DNA from: Felis catus
Taxonomy: Eukaryota
Assembly: GCF_018350175.1 (NCBI RefSeq)
Contig: NC_058368.1
Coordinates: forward strand, 100,566,001 to 100,630,000
Direction: 5' to 3'
Length of the DNA stretch: 64,000 nt
The notes beneath the pieces were generated by a model. It was not told the DNA's origin, made no database searches, and saw only the letters and a program-made list of their open reading frames with translations. The first letter of the stretch is position 1. Every line of letters begins with the position of its first letter. Positions 11,700 to 25,100 of this stretch are shown in pieces. Made by a program: the position numbers and the translations under genes.

Positions 11700-13699
11700 A
11701 TTCTGGACACATCTGAGAATCATTTCCTCGGGGGGAAAAATGCACATTTACACAACAACGTTACAAATTTTTCTAACAATTTTAAATGTTTCTGGTCCCC
11801 CTGAGGTCATTGGGGAAAGCCTGGAGCTCACAGATCTCAGGTGTGGACTTCATGCTCTAAGAAAGAGAGATGCTTATGTCAGATCCCCCTTCCTCCGCAC
11901 TCAAGAGCCTGCAAATGAACCTTTGCCTAGTATGACCAGTGGGTGACTCTGGGTCACTCACATTCCATCCAGACCCTCCTTTGTGTAAAAGGTTTTATCT
12001 TCCTACGTCTTGTTTCATACCATTCATCTTGCTTATGTGCTTAGTGAAGACATAGCCTCAGCTGCTACAGGGGTTCCCCACAGAAGGCTAGGCTTCCTTC
12101 CACTGTGCTCTGCAAATGCCAATCTCCAGCATTCCCATCGGTGAGGCTGTGCCCACCCTCTCTCACTACAGGATGAGAGAGTTCCTCCATAGGCCAGTGG
12201 AAGGAGTGAAGATTTCATAATCTCTGCTTGGAGCCAAAGCTAGGGATAGACCTGTTGCACTTCCTGACGGATGCTTTCGAACGTTGCTGTGGTTGCGACA
12301 GCTCAGATGTAGCTGCTCAATTACTGTCTACGCACTGTCCACCTGGATCGTACGTAGATAGCCTCACGTAGGTGCCTTCCCTTCTGTGGAATGCATTGAC
12401 ATCAGGACTCTTTTGAGGCTGTGACATTTTATCATGATGTATCCAGTGACGCCATGTTGAGCTCTTCATCCAACCCTTTTCTCTCAACCAATTCCCCAGT
12501 CCCTTCTCATTCTGGTGTCTTTGAATTTTTGCGTCGCAGCCGGGCCGATAGGCTGGGAGATCCCAGATAAAATGACACAAATAAATAATTCTTTAAGTTT
12601 TTAACAACACATTTTTCCCCGAAGCTTTTTCCTTCAGAAAGCTGTTGCCAAGCAATTCTGTATAAAGTGAATTGCAGAGAACAATCATGGAAAAGAGCTC
12701 AGGAAAAAAAAAAAAAAAAAGAGGAAATTTATCTCGGTCTTTTTTTTTAATGTAGCTTCTCCTGTTTTCCTGGTAACATCAAGTCTTTTATCTTTAGCGT
12801 TATAACCTCTTGCCAGGCGAGAGAGTTGACATAGCTTCTGTTTGATGAGGACGCCTTTTGAAGGGTCATGCCCAATATCATGGTTTCTTCAAGGGCTCGA
12901 GATTGCTTGCACTGTTTGATGTCTTACCTCTTGCAGGCCTGATAAGCAGTTAGATGACCGTGATAAATGAGTATCATGGGAAAAGTGATAAGAATTCAAA
13001 GGCTCGGCATGAATTATGTCCTCACTCATACAGAAGTGAAGATCCTCTTATCTTTCTCTTTAATTTCTTAATTACAAAAAAAAAAAATATTTCCTATCTA
13101 AAGAGAGAGAGTTCACCGGAATATTTTGTGACCATTGTCTGATACCAACTAATCTGCTCTGAGAACCTTTTCTCGTTTGTGATCTTGTTGTTTTGTTCTT
13201 TTTGTTGGTGTTGATAGGGTTTGTCGTGAAAGCCAAGGTTCCCTGTGATATATCGAGTTGCTTTCCTGTAATAGAAATGCTTGGTTACTAAAATGACAAA
13301 CTAGCATAAATTGCCCTCCAAACATGGGCGTCAGGAACATGCATTATGTACATAAAGGCTCCAGACTCCTCTTCTCTTTTTCTTCCTCTAACCCAGCACA
13401 GCTGCATAGTATGCTCACCGCCAAAGTCATCAGCTTGCACACGCATGTGGAATCTGGCTCAAATCTACCCCCTCACGCTTCCATCCCACTGGAGGAGGCA
13501 GGAGGAAAGAGTTCAAATCCACCTGTGCTCACATGGTTCTCGGGTAGCACACGGGGTCTTGTCAGAGAGAGAAAAAGACAGGAGCATGGTCAGTCATAGT
13601 GTGTGTGCCTCTGAGGCCCACACCATTCCCCGCCCCTGCTTTCTTCTGGTTTCTCCGGGTGGAAATGATTCATTTCCTTCTCTATTCTCCAAAGCAGCA

Positions 13700-13956
13700 C
13701 GCTTTAGCAATGGGATAAAGGAGAAGAGCGTAGAGACTGGGAGTCTTCAGATCTGGTTAAAATTCTGGCTGTGCTATTTGTTAGCTATGTGATCTTAGGC
13801 ACATTACTTAACCTCTCTAAAATCCAATTTTCTCATCTGTAAAATGGAGATAGTAGCCATTATTTATAGGACGGCTGCGATGAGGGCTTGAGATAAAATA
13901 CATCAAAGTTCCTGTGACAATGCCTGGCACACAGTAGCATTTGATCAATGTTAGCT
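13700..13956 (+). mobile_element. MIR, near full length
   Basis: ttagctatgtgatcttaggc..ttacttaacctctct..tttctcatctgtaaaatggagata..tgcctggcacacagtag. Confidence 0.9.
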
Positions 13957-14654
13957 CAGCAGGAACGTGCGTCTCCCTGTAACCAAGTCCCACAGCAGAG
14001 AACTAGAACGCTATGACATGCGTATTAAGTTGGTCACTTAAATTGTAAAGTACACGAAAACTGTGGGTCCGTTTGTTTCTTATCTGTACACATTGCACAT
14101 TATTTTCTCTTTTGACTTTGAAAGAGGAAGACGGGCATTTATATGACTCGACTGTCACTTGAATGGCAACACCTCGACTTAGCTGTGTTATTCACCTGTA
14201 GAGACACCATTCATTTTTTTTTCCCCTTCACAGTCAAGATCCACTAACGAAGAGAAATTTTATATCCATGTAATCTGTTCTCTCACGATATTTCTTTAGC
14301 TACAAATGACCTGTGGCTACCCCCTTGATGCACATGACTTTGATCCTCTGAGATCATTTGCCCTCGCTTCTCATCCGCCGGCACGTGAGCTTCCTGTGGT
14401 CATGCGGTGGTCTTCTGTGCTCTCTACAAAGCTCCGAGCACAGTGATTTGTACACAGTGGTTAATTAATCACTCTGTCACTCTTCTAAAAGAGAAGACTC
14501 AAAGCAAGCGTTAGGTGCCCTAGTCCAAGTACGTTAGCAGAGAAGTAACTCTTCTGACCAGGAAAGAGTCAAGCTTGCTTTAACATCTCAAGCCTTCTCT
14601 CGTGTATGTGTTTCTTTGGTTTGCTTTATTTTTATTCTCTAGTAAGGGTGGGTC

Positions 14655-14837
14655 TGTAGAGTATAGGCAGTCTTCTGGGTATGGTAGGATCCAAGTCCCC
14701 ATCCCAGCTCTCCACCTTCTTTCCCAGATGCTCTTAAGAAAGTCCTTTACCCTTTCTAGACCACAGTGTCTCCATTATGTCCATATCTGTCCTTTTAGAG
14801 ATGGTTTCTAAGACCCCTTAGGTCTAACACTTCATGA
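14655..14837 (+). mobile_element. MIR/MIR3 fragment
   Basis: atcccagctctccac..aagtccttt.ccctttct..cagtgtctccat..agatggtttctaag. Confidence 0.5.
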
Positions 14838-16743
14838 CAGCATGAAAACCCACATAGTGGGTTTGAGGTATGCTGTCGAGCCATGGCATGACAAGGGAGC
14901 CTCCTCTGAACCTACTAGGGAGTCACATCAGACACTTCTGTGATGGCCATCAAGTGCACACTGTGACTTTGACAGGCCACCAAGGGCCTTAGTGGTCTTT
15001 CTCCCTATGCGGGCAAGAGTGACAGGGGGCTGCTGCAGTGTGGTCACGTCAACCCCACTCTTGTTGACAAGGGCACTTAGCTTGACATTGGCTTCCCTGA
15101 ACAGCTCACATTTAGAACCTTCTCTCTGGTGGATCCAGGGAGAAGTCAGAGAAGTCGGGTTTGTTCTGTGTTGGGGGGAAAAAAAATTAAAACCCTTAAT
15201 CGTAACAACCCTGGTTTGATACATTTTCCAACATGGTGATGACATTCTGTTCAATAAAAACTCTTCAATAAAGACCCAAAGAAACTGGCTACAAACCAGT
15301 TTCCCTGAATTCCCTAGTTCCCCTGAGTGAAAAGTAATGTAGCCGGAAACTAGTCCAGTTTTTGGCACTTGTTATGACCATTCTAAAGTCACATTTTGCA
15401 TGTGACGCAAAGAGCACACTCTTAACCCTGTTCTCATCATGTGAAAGGCTACGTGCTTTCAAGCGGTCTTCATGGAGCTAGAGTTTTATCTCCATTTTAA
15501 ACATGAATCTCTTTATGGTCCCTATAAACTTCAATTCTCAACACATTGTTTTGCTGTGTAGATAGACTACAGAGGGACATTTTCCTTTAAAAAGTCTATA
15601 CCTTTTACTTTTGTACTGAATGGGTCTTGAACAGTGTGAATAAAAATATCGCAAGCAGTTCTCAGCTCCAATTTGGGTATCAGCACTGTTTTCAAAGACA
15701 CCAAGAAAATGAAGCATAGAGTGAGGAGTGGAGAGACAAACAACCTGGGTATAAATGGTATCTTTAGAGATGCAAAGGGAAAGCATTTTGCACCATAATT
15801 ATTCAGATTTCTTCAGTCTCCTTCAAACCAAGATTTGTTTACTGGAGGCATTACGATGTAGTGAGACAAATTAGACTAAACTTTTTTATCTCGGGTGGTT
15901 TGCACATGCACTGATTGAACTAGTATTTCTTCCAAAGATTGTCTGGGAAGATAAATGAACAGGAGGAGCAATTAGGGTAAGGAAAAACTAAAGATTGGCT
16001 GACATGATTTAAGTTTACCACTAAGGCAGTTTGTCATTTTGTCTCTATAATCTCTATCAGAATTGACTAAAACAGTAAACATAAATCATTATACTAATTT
16101 ATTTCACTACACTGTGGTCTGGGAAAAGAAGATTTCATTTTTTTCTGAGAGACTTTGGGAATTCAGGCAGCCACTTTGAACTCATTTTCATTTATGTATT
16201 GGGAGGGAAAATGAGAAAATCGAAGATGAGCACCTCGGGTTCCTGAAAACGATATTTTTTGGTGGCAAGCCAAGTTATTTGTATTGCACGATGCTGAAAT
16301 AACTATGGGTTGTGAATGAAAAAGCAGCCTGACATGGATTACATCTTAAAAGAAGAGCAAAACTTAATTCTTAAGGTAGAAATGTAATTAAACATATTAC
16401 TGAAAGCGATTTTTCAAACAGCCGTTACTAAGCCTTTAAGTGTTTTTCTCTGAAGAAGCCTTTGTGACCACAGAGAATCAGAATACCGTACAATGTCTGG
16501 GAGTTCTTGTGAAATATCAAAACTCTCCACCATGAGGACTGTAACTGTACCCCTCTGACTATGGAATGCACCTGTGCTGACTCACCAAAACCAAAGCACC
16601 GACCACAGGCCCTTGGACGCATGATCCACCTGGCTACTTGAACAAAAAATGGCACCATTGATTAACCTATGAAAGCAAGGTATTGCTTTTGGTTTTATTC
16701 CTTGTTTTCCTAAGTTAAATTTTTCTATCAAAGATAAGTCTAA

Positions 16744-16931
16744 GGGACACCTGAATGGCTCAGTTTGTTGAGCGTCGGACTTTGGCCCAGGTCATGATCT
16801 CACGGTTCAAGAGTTCAAGCCCCACATCCGGCTCTCTGTTGTCAGGGCAAAGCCCACTTCAGATCCTCTGTCCAACCTCCCCGCCCCTCCCCTTCTTGCA
16901 CTCTCTCTCTCAAAAATAAACAAAACATTAA
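16744..16931 (+). mobile_element. Can-SINE, first of a tandem pair
   Basis: Full body preceded by aaagataagtcta. Confidence 0.92.
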
Positions 16932-16946
16932 AGAATGATTAGTCTA

Positions 16947-17160
16947 GGGGCGCCTGGGTGGCTCAGGAGGTTGGGAGGCTGACTTTGGCTCAGGTCATGA
17001 TCTCGCAGTTCACGAGTTTGAGCCCCTCATCAGGCTTTGTGCTGACAGCTCAGGGCCTGGAGCTTGCTTCACATTCTGAGTCTCCCCACCCCTCTCTGCC
17101 CCTCCCCCACTTACACTCAGTCTTTCTCTCTCTCTCTCTCAAAAAAAAAAACATTAAAAA
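16947..17160 (+). mobile_element. Can-SINE, second of a tandem pair
   Basis: ggggcgcctgggtggctcag head; followed by aaagataagtcta. Confidence 0.93.
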
Positions 17161-17955
17161 AAAGATAAGTCTAATTATGAACTTATTATAAATGAATCAT
17201 TCTGAAATGTTTATTTTCTGATATTCGGATATTTTTGTATCTCCATACATATTTATGTGTATACATAGGCATATACATATACTTATACATACATGTATAT
17301 TTTCAGTTATAATAACTATGAAACTAAACTCTTAAAAGTATGATTATCACAATTTTTTTTAGAGTTTCCAGGAATTTCAAAGCTGCAAGCAGTACGTACA
17401 AACTTACCACACTAATGTTTCATTGAGCATCCTCTCTATCAAACCCTTTTATGTGAAAGGAATAGTCAAATGAGTCTTAAAATTGAAAACTTCTGGTCCT
17501 CCAGGAAATTACTGTACAGGACAGAAAGTAAGATGTAAACCTAAATGACGATGGTATAAAACAGAATCTCAAGGGCCCTTCGGCTGGATATTAACCGGCT
17601 GCTAGACACAGACAGAGGTGAAGATCCCACTCGACTACGATAATTGGAGGTGATTCTACAGCTGAGATGGGTATCATAGGACGGATATGATTTCACCAGC
17701 TCTTTGAAGGCGAAAGCGATAATTGGAATAATGGCCCAGGGGATGAAAAGTTTGAGACATTTCTGGGGAGAAAAGGGCTATGCCAGGATTCAAAGGGTTC
17801 ATCACACCAGCAGCCACCAAGAGCATGAGGGTAAAATTGGCTGAGACTGGAGTAGGATTCCTACCTAGTTCATATTGGTGGAGGGCTCCCTATATTATGA
17901 TTTAGCTTTGAAAAAGTGAGACCACTGCTTAAAAATGAAGGGCGCGCATGTGCAT

Positions 17956-17956
<1 letters not shown>

Positions 17957-17994
<38 letters not shown>
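17957..17994. repeat. (CA)19 microsatellite
   Basis: Direct count; preceded by alternating gcgcgcatgtgcatg. Confidence 0.97.
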
Positions 17995-17996
<2 letters not shown>

Positions 17997-18039
17997 TAGG
18001 ATGGATAACCCCTGAGGGAGACATTGGAGAATATTTACT

Positions 18040-19075
18040 CTGCAAGCAATGTTGCACCATGCTTGTCAAGAGCCTTGAATGCCAACCAAAAAGGAATCCT
18101 GAAGTTTATTTAGGAAAGGATAGGGAGCATCTGAAGATTTTTACATGAGGGAGGGAGAGTCTCAAACAGTGCTTCAGGAAGATGCATTTAGCAACAGGGC
18201 TTGGAATTAAAGTAGATAGGAGTGTATTGCAGTAGCCTTGAAAAGGGCTATAAAGCTCTAAACTAGCTTGGTGATTCCTAGAAGTAAAATTATAAATGGG
18301 TACATGATACGTTGTGGGTATAGAATCAGGACGAAATTGCACAATGGGGCCAAGGCAAATCACACACCAGAAGAAGGCTTCCATGGTCACTAGAAACATA
18401 GCTTCAGGTAGAGACAAACATTTGGGGAAGGTTAATAAATTCACTTAGGGATGATTGGACTTGATGTGCTATTGGGGCACCTACCTTAGATGTCTAACAG
18501 AGAGTAGGAAATACTAGATAGAGACAGGGTATGGGCAATATGAGACTGGACATTTTAAGCTTACTGAATTTAAGGTCTGCCTCTTTGTACAAGGAAGGAG
18601 AGGAAAAAGAACTGATAACTTGAGCTCCAATCCAGTGCCTGCGGATATGCTGAACACTTTACATATTATCTCAATTATGAAAACATACCACCGACATGCA
18701 ATCTTAGCCACATTTTATAGTGAGAACATTACTCAGTGGCAGAAAAGTAGGATCCGTCTGGCTCCACATTTTTTTCTAAGGCAACTTGCTTCCTCTAAAA
18801 GGATAAGGAGCACTTGCTTACCAAGGAATTTTTGAGATCATCTGTTAAAAAGGTGAAAATGGGAGTAAATGAAGATGCCAAGGGGGGAAGAATAGATAGG
18901 GAATCATTAAAAATTAGGCAAAGGGTTTTGAGGGAAAACATACAAAATAGGGAGGAGTTCTAAGCCACAAGGGGTAGCCAACACCGTAGCATGATGTATA
19001 CAGAAGGTAAGAAGGATGAAAACTGGAAAATGCCCATTGTTTTGCTTTGTTTTAATGTTTATTTCTTTATTTTTA

Positions 19076-19121
<46 letters not shown>

Positions 19122-19480
19122 AGGATCAAAGAGAAAAAGAGAGAGAATCTCAAGCAGGCTCTGTACCATCAGTGCAGAGCCTGATGCAAGGTTTGAACCT
19201 ATGAACCATGAGATCGTGACCTGAGCTGAAATCAAGAGTCGGATGCTTACCCAACTGAGACGCCCAGACGTCCCTGAAAAATGCCTATTGTATTTGGCTT
19301 ATAGGGATTTATTAATGACTTTTGAGGGGAAGTTTGCTTTGAATAGTGAGAACAGAAGCCACATTGCAAGCAGCATAACGAGATGGGAAGGAAACATTGG
19401 GCTTAGCTGCTGTGTAATGGTCTTTCAAAATGTTTAAACACTAAGGTGAAGTAAAGAGCCATTATCTTTCAGGGGAGTGG
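18040..19480 (-). mobile_element. L2 LINE fragments, interrupted
   Basis: Purine-rich L2-like words: agccttgaatgcca, gggagc..ctgaagattttta, gatgtctaacag, gaaaatgcccattg..tttgg, gaagccacattg. Confidence 0.55.
19041..19274 (-). mobile_element. Can-SINE with long (GA)n
   Basis: TSD ctg(g/a)aaaatgcc(c/t)attgt on both sides. Confidence 0.92.
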
Positions 19481-19907
19481 CAGAGTTAACGAAAGCAACA
19501 TTTGTTGTTTATTTTGTTTGTTTGTTCTTTTCAAAAGGAAGCCTTACCATGTGTTCATTCAGAAAGGAAAATGGCAGAGAAAGAGAGTTCCAAGATGAGA
19601 GGGGAATGGATAGAGCCAGATCCCACAACAGCAGAAAGAACTACATTTAGAAATAATGGTAGCGACTCAGCCATTCAGAATAAGAGCGTGTCTTCCTCTG
19701 AAAACAAAAACGAAGGACCTCTGAACATCGAGAGTAATGACCCATATTAATTCAAATCAGAAAGGAGAAAGAGAAAGAAAAGACCAAAAAAAGTGTTCCC
19801 AGGAACTTTATCTATCATCTTTTATATAAGTAAATGTTTCTGTTATTTGTACACTTAAAGATAAATTTATTTTCATTTTAAAAATAATTGAATATTGTCA
19901 ACACTCC

Positions 19908-20391
19908 TGTGATAGTCGAATAATGACCTCCCGCCCCCAAAAATGTGCATGTCCTAATCTCTGGAACTAGTGAACGTAACCTAATCTGGCAAAAGGGATT
20001 TTGTAGATGTGATTCAGTTAAGGGTCTTGAGATAGAAAGATCACCCTGGATTTTCCAGGGGTGCTCAATGTAATCACATGGGTCCTTAAAAATGACAGAA
20101 GTAGGGCAGTATGAGTCAGAGATGTGAAGATGTTGTGCTTCTAGTTTTGAGGATGGAGGAGGGGGGCATGAGACAAGACATCAGGAAGCCTCTAGAAGAT
20201 GGAAAAAGCAAGAGAATAGTTCCTCCCTTAAAGCTTTCAGAAGCAATGGCAACCCTACCTACACCTTGATCTTAGCCAAGTAAAACCCATTTCGAACCTC
20301 AGCTTCCCAGATTGTAAAATCATAAATTTGTGTTGCTTTCAGCTGCCAAATTTGCAGTAATTTGTTACAGCAGCAATAAGAAACTAGTATA
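19908..20391 (+). mobile_element. MLT1D-type MaLR solo LTR, complete
   Basis: tgtgatag.cgaataatg..ccccaaa.atgt.catgtcctaatc...taatttgttacagcagcaataagaaactagtata. Perfect 5-bp TSD actcc at 19903-19907 and 20392-20396. Confidence 0.92.
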
Positions 20392-21571
20392 ACTCCTTTG
20401 TCACTGCTGTCCATTTACTTCTGAACTTCAGTTGGTCAACCAGCTTTATCTTGATGGATTTTGTACCACAAATGCCACCACCATCTGAGGATTTACTCTG
20501 TGGGTTTCCTGTAAGATAGATAGTGTAAAAACAAAAATTGTAAGCCCCAGATATTTTGACTCCACCAGGGTTAAAATTGTATGTGAAACCATATACCCAA
20601 GTCACCGCAGTCTTTAATGAACAACTTTGGAAGCCTTCGATATTTTAACAATGCAAAGCACTGGGCTAGTCATTAACCAATTTTGTAAATGCAAGACCAA
20701 AGGTGAGTGACTATTTATAAGCCGGTTACCATAAAAGCATAAAGATTCGAGATCATTAGCCAGGTGGGAAGAGGGTCCTGTTTAAGGTAGATCTAAACAT
20801 ATTCTGTATTTTGTCCTCAAAGGGACCTTGAATTTGGTCTTCAGTTAGTCTCTGTGCTGAGAAGGATGATAGACTTTCTTGTGTGTTCCCCTTTTTAAAG
20901 CAGAAAGGCTTAATCCTATCTCCTATAGAAAGTAACCTTAAACTCAGGCCTTGCGTTATCCTTTGAGGCATGAAATTATATTATTGCGTTACATGTTTTT
21001 GTAGGAAGCCATATGTGTTTTGATGTGCCCCTACAGGAAACTAAGTTTAGTTATCCGAGCTTTAATAGACCCTCCAGCACCAGTGACGATTATTTCACTG
21101 CATCCTCACTAATTTTATTCCATAAATCTACCAGTATCTAAGGGACGTACATTCAGTATGTCTTTTTCCTTTCCACTACAGATCCTTAAAACAATCACGC
21201 AAAATTTTGTAACTCCTGTAAATTATATAACATAACACAAAGCCAGCTTCCTTAACGAGAGCACCTTTTTCTTTGTGTTGCTATTTGTGGTATACTGTGT
21301 GGCTCTGACAGGTGAAAAACAGGACGATCCTCATCTGGGGCAGGTGTGACTCCAGCCAGAAGCGAAAGAAAGTGATGTTTGTTTAAAAGTTTGAAAATAA
21401 AGCTTTTTTTGTTTATTGCTCTATATACGTGCAGCTGTGGTATACGCTTATCAGATATTATAATAAGTTTGGTAAAGCATACATTTTGCTAAATAACATT
21501 TTCAATGTTACCTTTGTGGTACGTAATGAACAAAGAAATCCTTCAGAAATGCTGTAATTAAAACTACACGA

Positions 21572-21775
21572 GGGGCCTAGGTGGCTTAGTCGGTTAAGCG
21601 TCTTACTCTTGGTTTTTGCTCAGGTCATGATCCCTGGGTTGTGGGATCGAGCCCCTTGTCAAGCTCTGTGCTGAGCGTGGAGCCTGCTTGGGATTCTCTG
21701 TCTTTCTCCCTCTGCCCTCTCTCCTCCGCTCCTGCTCTCTCTCTCTCTAAAGTAAACAAGAAGTTAAACATTTTA
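21572..21775 (+). mobile_element. Can-SINE
   Basis: Head ggggcctaggtggcttagtcggttaagcg, (CT)n, tail. Confidence 0.9.
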
Positions 21776-21862
21776 AGAGCATGTGACTCTTGATCTCAGG
21801 GTTGTGAGTTAGAGCCCCAAATTGGGTGCAGAGATTACTTAAAATGTAAAATCTTTAAAAAA
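21776..21862 (+). mobile_element. 5'-truncated short tRNA-Lys-like Can-SINE fused to the preceding SINE
   Basis: agagcatgtgactcttgatctcagggttgtgagtt..gagattacttaaaa. Confidence 0.88.
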
Positions 21863-21962
21863 ATTAAAAAGCTATATGATGGAAAAGACTTCAGAAAAAT
21901 TAGAACTAAAATTTGACTTCACTGTTACTGAAAAAACAATCATTTAAAAAATTATATGTTTG

Positions 21963-22169
21963 GGGGGCGCCTGGGTGGCGCAGTCGGTTAAGCGTCCGAC
22001 TTCAGCCAGGTCACGATCTCGCGGTCCGTGAGTTTGAGCCCCGCGTCAGACTCTGGGCTGATGGCTCAGAGCCTGGAGCCTGTTTCCGATTCTGTGTCTC
22101 CCTCTCTCTCTGCCCCTCCCCCGTTCATGCTCTGTCTCTCTCTGTCCCCAAAATAAATAAAAAACGTTG
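21963..22169 (+). mobile_element. Young felid SINEC_Fc-type SINE
   Basis: CpG-rich body and perfect 17-bp TSD aaaaaattatatgtttg (21946-21962 and 22170-22186) after TTT. Confidence 0.97.
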
Positions 22170-25100
22170 AAAAAATTATATGTTTGTATATTGCATACCC
22201 ATACAGTTCACACACAGGTAATACATATGCATACAGATGTGTACAAGTGATGGCTTTCCCCACTTTCTTCTTTTCTTTAAGTCATATTTTCATGGCAGGT
22301 CTCAGGTTGTTTTTGTTTTTTTTTTCCTAGAAAGTCTACTTTTCACTCCGTGAAAAGGGAATCCCCTCAGGGGAAGCAAGGTATAACTCACAGGACTCCT
22401 ATGAGCTACAAAAAGAAGTCTCAGTTATGAAAACTGATTTGAATTAATATGGTGTCAGAATGCCCCACAGATCACTGTATGGAGGGCTTGGCCCATATAA
22501 CCAGCCCATCAGATAATCTGATGTGCTTTTTTTGCTGTGATCTATGACCCATGTATATCTTCAGAGCCCCTTGTATCTATGAGCAGGAACATGGCAACCA
22601 TGAGGACGAGGAACTCAACTCAACTCTGCCTCATCTCATTGTGGAATTAGTACACCAGTACTTATGGCCCAAACCACACTTGGTTCTTATCTAATTAATC
22701 CCACTTATTTCTAAGACAAGATTGGGGGATATGAATCTCTGAATCAAAGAGGTAGTTAATTCATATTTTAGGCCTAGGTCCTATGACACCAAATTCCTTT
22801 TGCTTATTTCATCAGCAAGGCCAAATGCTGCACATGCAGGACATTGTAGCCCCTTGACTCCTCACTTCTGGAAATGCTTCTGAAAATGTGAGTCCTAGAA
22901 TGTGGTACGTACATTAGAGGCCCATAAACTTTTGCAGAGTTTTGAGTTCCACACAACTTCAAACGAGACCCTGACACAGATAATCTTTTGACAGATTTCT
23001 GAGGTCCTGATTTTCCTAATATCTACCCAGATGCTGTAATGATGCTCGCAGATCCCAATCTAAACAACAGTAGTGCTGAACATTGTCATGAAGTGAAATT
23101 TTCCAAACTATGGAAACCCTACCGTTCTTTACTCTAAATCTAGGAAATTCTGTAGCTCATTCTCACTCGTTTCCTGTTTTGGCTTTCATGAAATTGTAAC
23201 TAAGGACTTTCTGTTAAGTTTTATTTTCTATGCCCGTGTTGTGCTTTCTTTTTTACACAAAATACATCTGACTCTATCACCAGTAAGCTAAGCGTCTGAA
23301 GTTTTAGTTATATTTATCCTACTCTTACCTTATCCTATCAACGTTGTGGCGATATACAGATTTCCAAATTCACCGGTAAAATAATAAACCTTAATCTTTT
23401 GAAAGTTAAAAACTTTGTGAGAATCTGACAAAAGCCAAAGACCCTAGTTTTGGGAAAAGGCACACCCACACGTGCGTGCGTGCATACACGCACACTTTTT
23501 TATTTATTATAGTCACGTGATAGATTAGTTCAGAGCTTAGGGTTCAGAGATTTAAATTTCAAGCTCCGTCTCTTTCCAACCTATAGTATCAGCATTTGCT
23601 AAGTCAGGGCATTAAACTTGTAAAAATCTATTTTGCCCCATGAGTTCGTTATATTTCTTATAAACAAGATCGTTTCACGTTTTGCCTCCAGAAAGTATAT
23701 GTTTTAGACTAAAAAATGAAATCCTGATAAATAAATCAGAACTAATCCTGGAGTAAGGTAGAGAAAAAAGGTATTTTTACCCATCAGCTGGTTGTGAATG
23801 TTCTACTAAATAATTTCCTTATGATTTTTCTATAGTTCCAGTATAATTTCTTCTATATAATTGTAGCCAAAATTTTAGAAACGCCTATCAATCTAGTTTC
23901 TAGACACCGATTATCTCTAATGAGGGATGGAATTATTGGATGCTTAATTGAATGCAATCCCTGAACATCATGAAGGCTGTGATATTTCCTTGTCTAGGAA
24001 GTTAGCAATATACCACCTTCTACATGACCTGTTATTATGTTTTTAAAATATGTTTATGCCACAGAGTTTTCTTCATTTTGCTGCTGGACTTCCCTTGGGT
24101 TCTTGTGTGCATATGTACATAGATATAGCCATAAAACTCAGTATCCTAATGTTTGGACAAATGTAAATTTTTGGTCATTCTGTTGTCAAACATAGTTTAG
24201 ATCACAATAAGTAAGAGCTCTGACAACAAGCTCACTAAAACAAAAATACTCCCAAGTCCCAGCTCAATGGCTGAGTTAAGGTGACTTTATTATGAAAATT
24301 TTCAGTCTTTACATTATAAGAAGGAACTCAAAGTCTTGTCTAATCATGGAAGGAATCTTCTTTCTTCACCACGCCAAAAAAGGGAAATGAGTCAAGATAC
24401 TGCCTCAATTGCAGCAGGTCATTATATATGTGTGTCAAGGGGATAAAGTGTTTCTTTCTTTTCAAAAAAAAAAAATCTGTGTGTGTCTTTATGATTATTA
24501 TCAAGTGATGCATTGGAGTCAGTACACAGGGCTCTGGTTCCAAGTAGGACACTGTCTACAGAGTTTGGAAATAAGCTTAGGAAACAAATACCCTATGTTT
24601 GATACCATATGTAGAAGTACCATCCCTATGAGGTGTCATGTAAACCTGCCCCTAGAAAAAGTGGGTAGTCTTCTCATCCAATCTAATCTTTAAAACCAGG
24701 ATATAACTTAATTACTCACTTCTTTGGTAACATGTCAGGCAGGAAGAGATGATACATGGGATTTGAAGAGGAAGAATCGATCAGTTTTTTTTCTCCATCC
24801 TGGCTACTGGAAATTTCAAGCTCAAGTCCACTTTTGTCAAGGATGCAGGATTTCACAGACTATATTTCCCATGAAACCCTCGAGTTACTTCTGTCCCCTC
24901 TTTTTTTTTTCCTCCTCGAATCTGATATTTCTAATTTTTTTCTTATTTTCTTATTTATTGTCCCATTTAAAATCTTAAAAATCTTATCATAGTTTAAATG
25001 TATGTATTATTACAAACAACTCAGTACTTCGTATTAAAACTATAGTCATCTGTGCTTATCCAGTTGTGTAAAGGAGGAGGGTTCTCTAAAGAGAAGACGT

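Noticed and set aside
11506..11946. 146-aa ORF (also 13346-13792, 14928-15368, 36312-36737)
   Set aside because: No recognisable domains; the poly-Phe comes from T35; lengths are compatible with chance.
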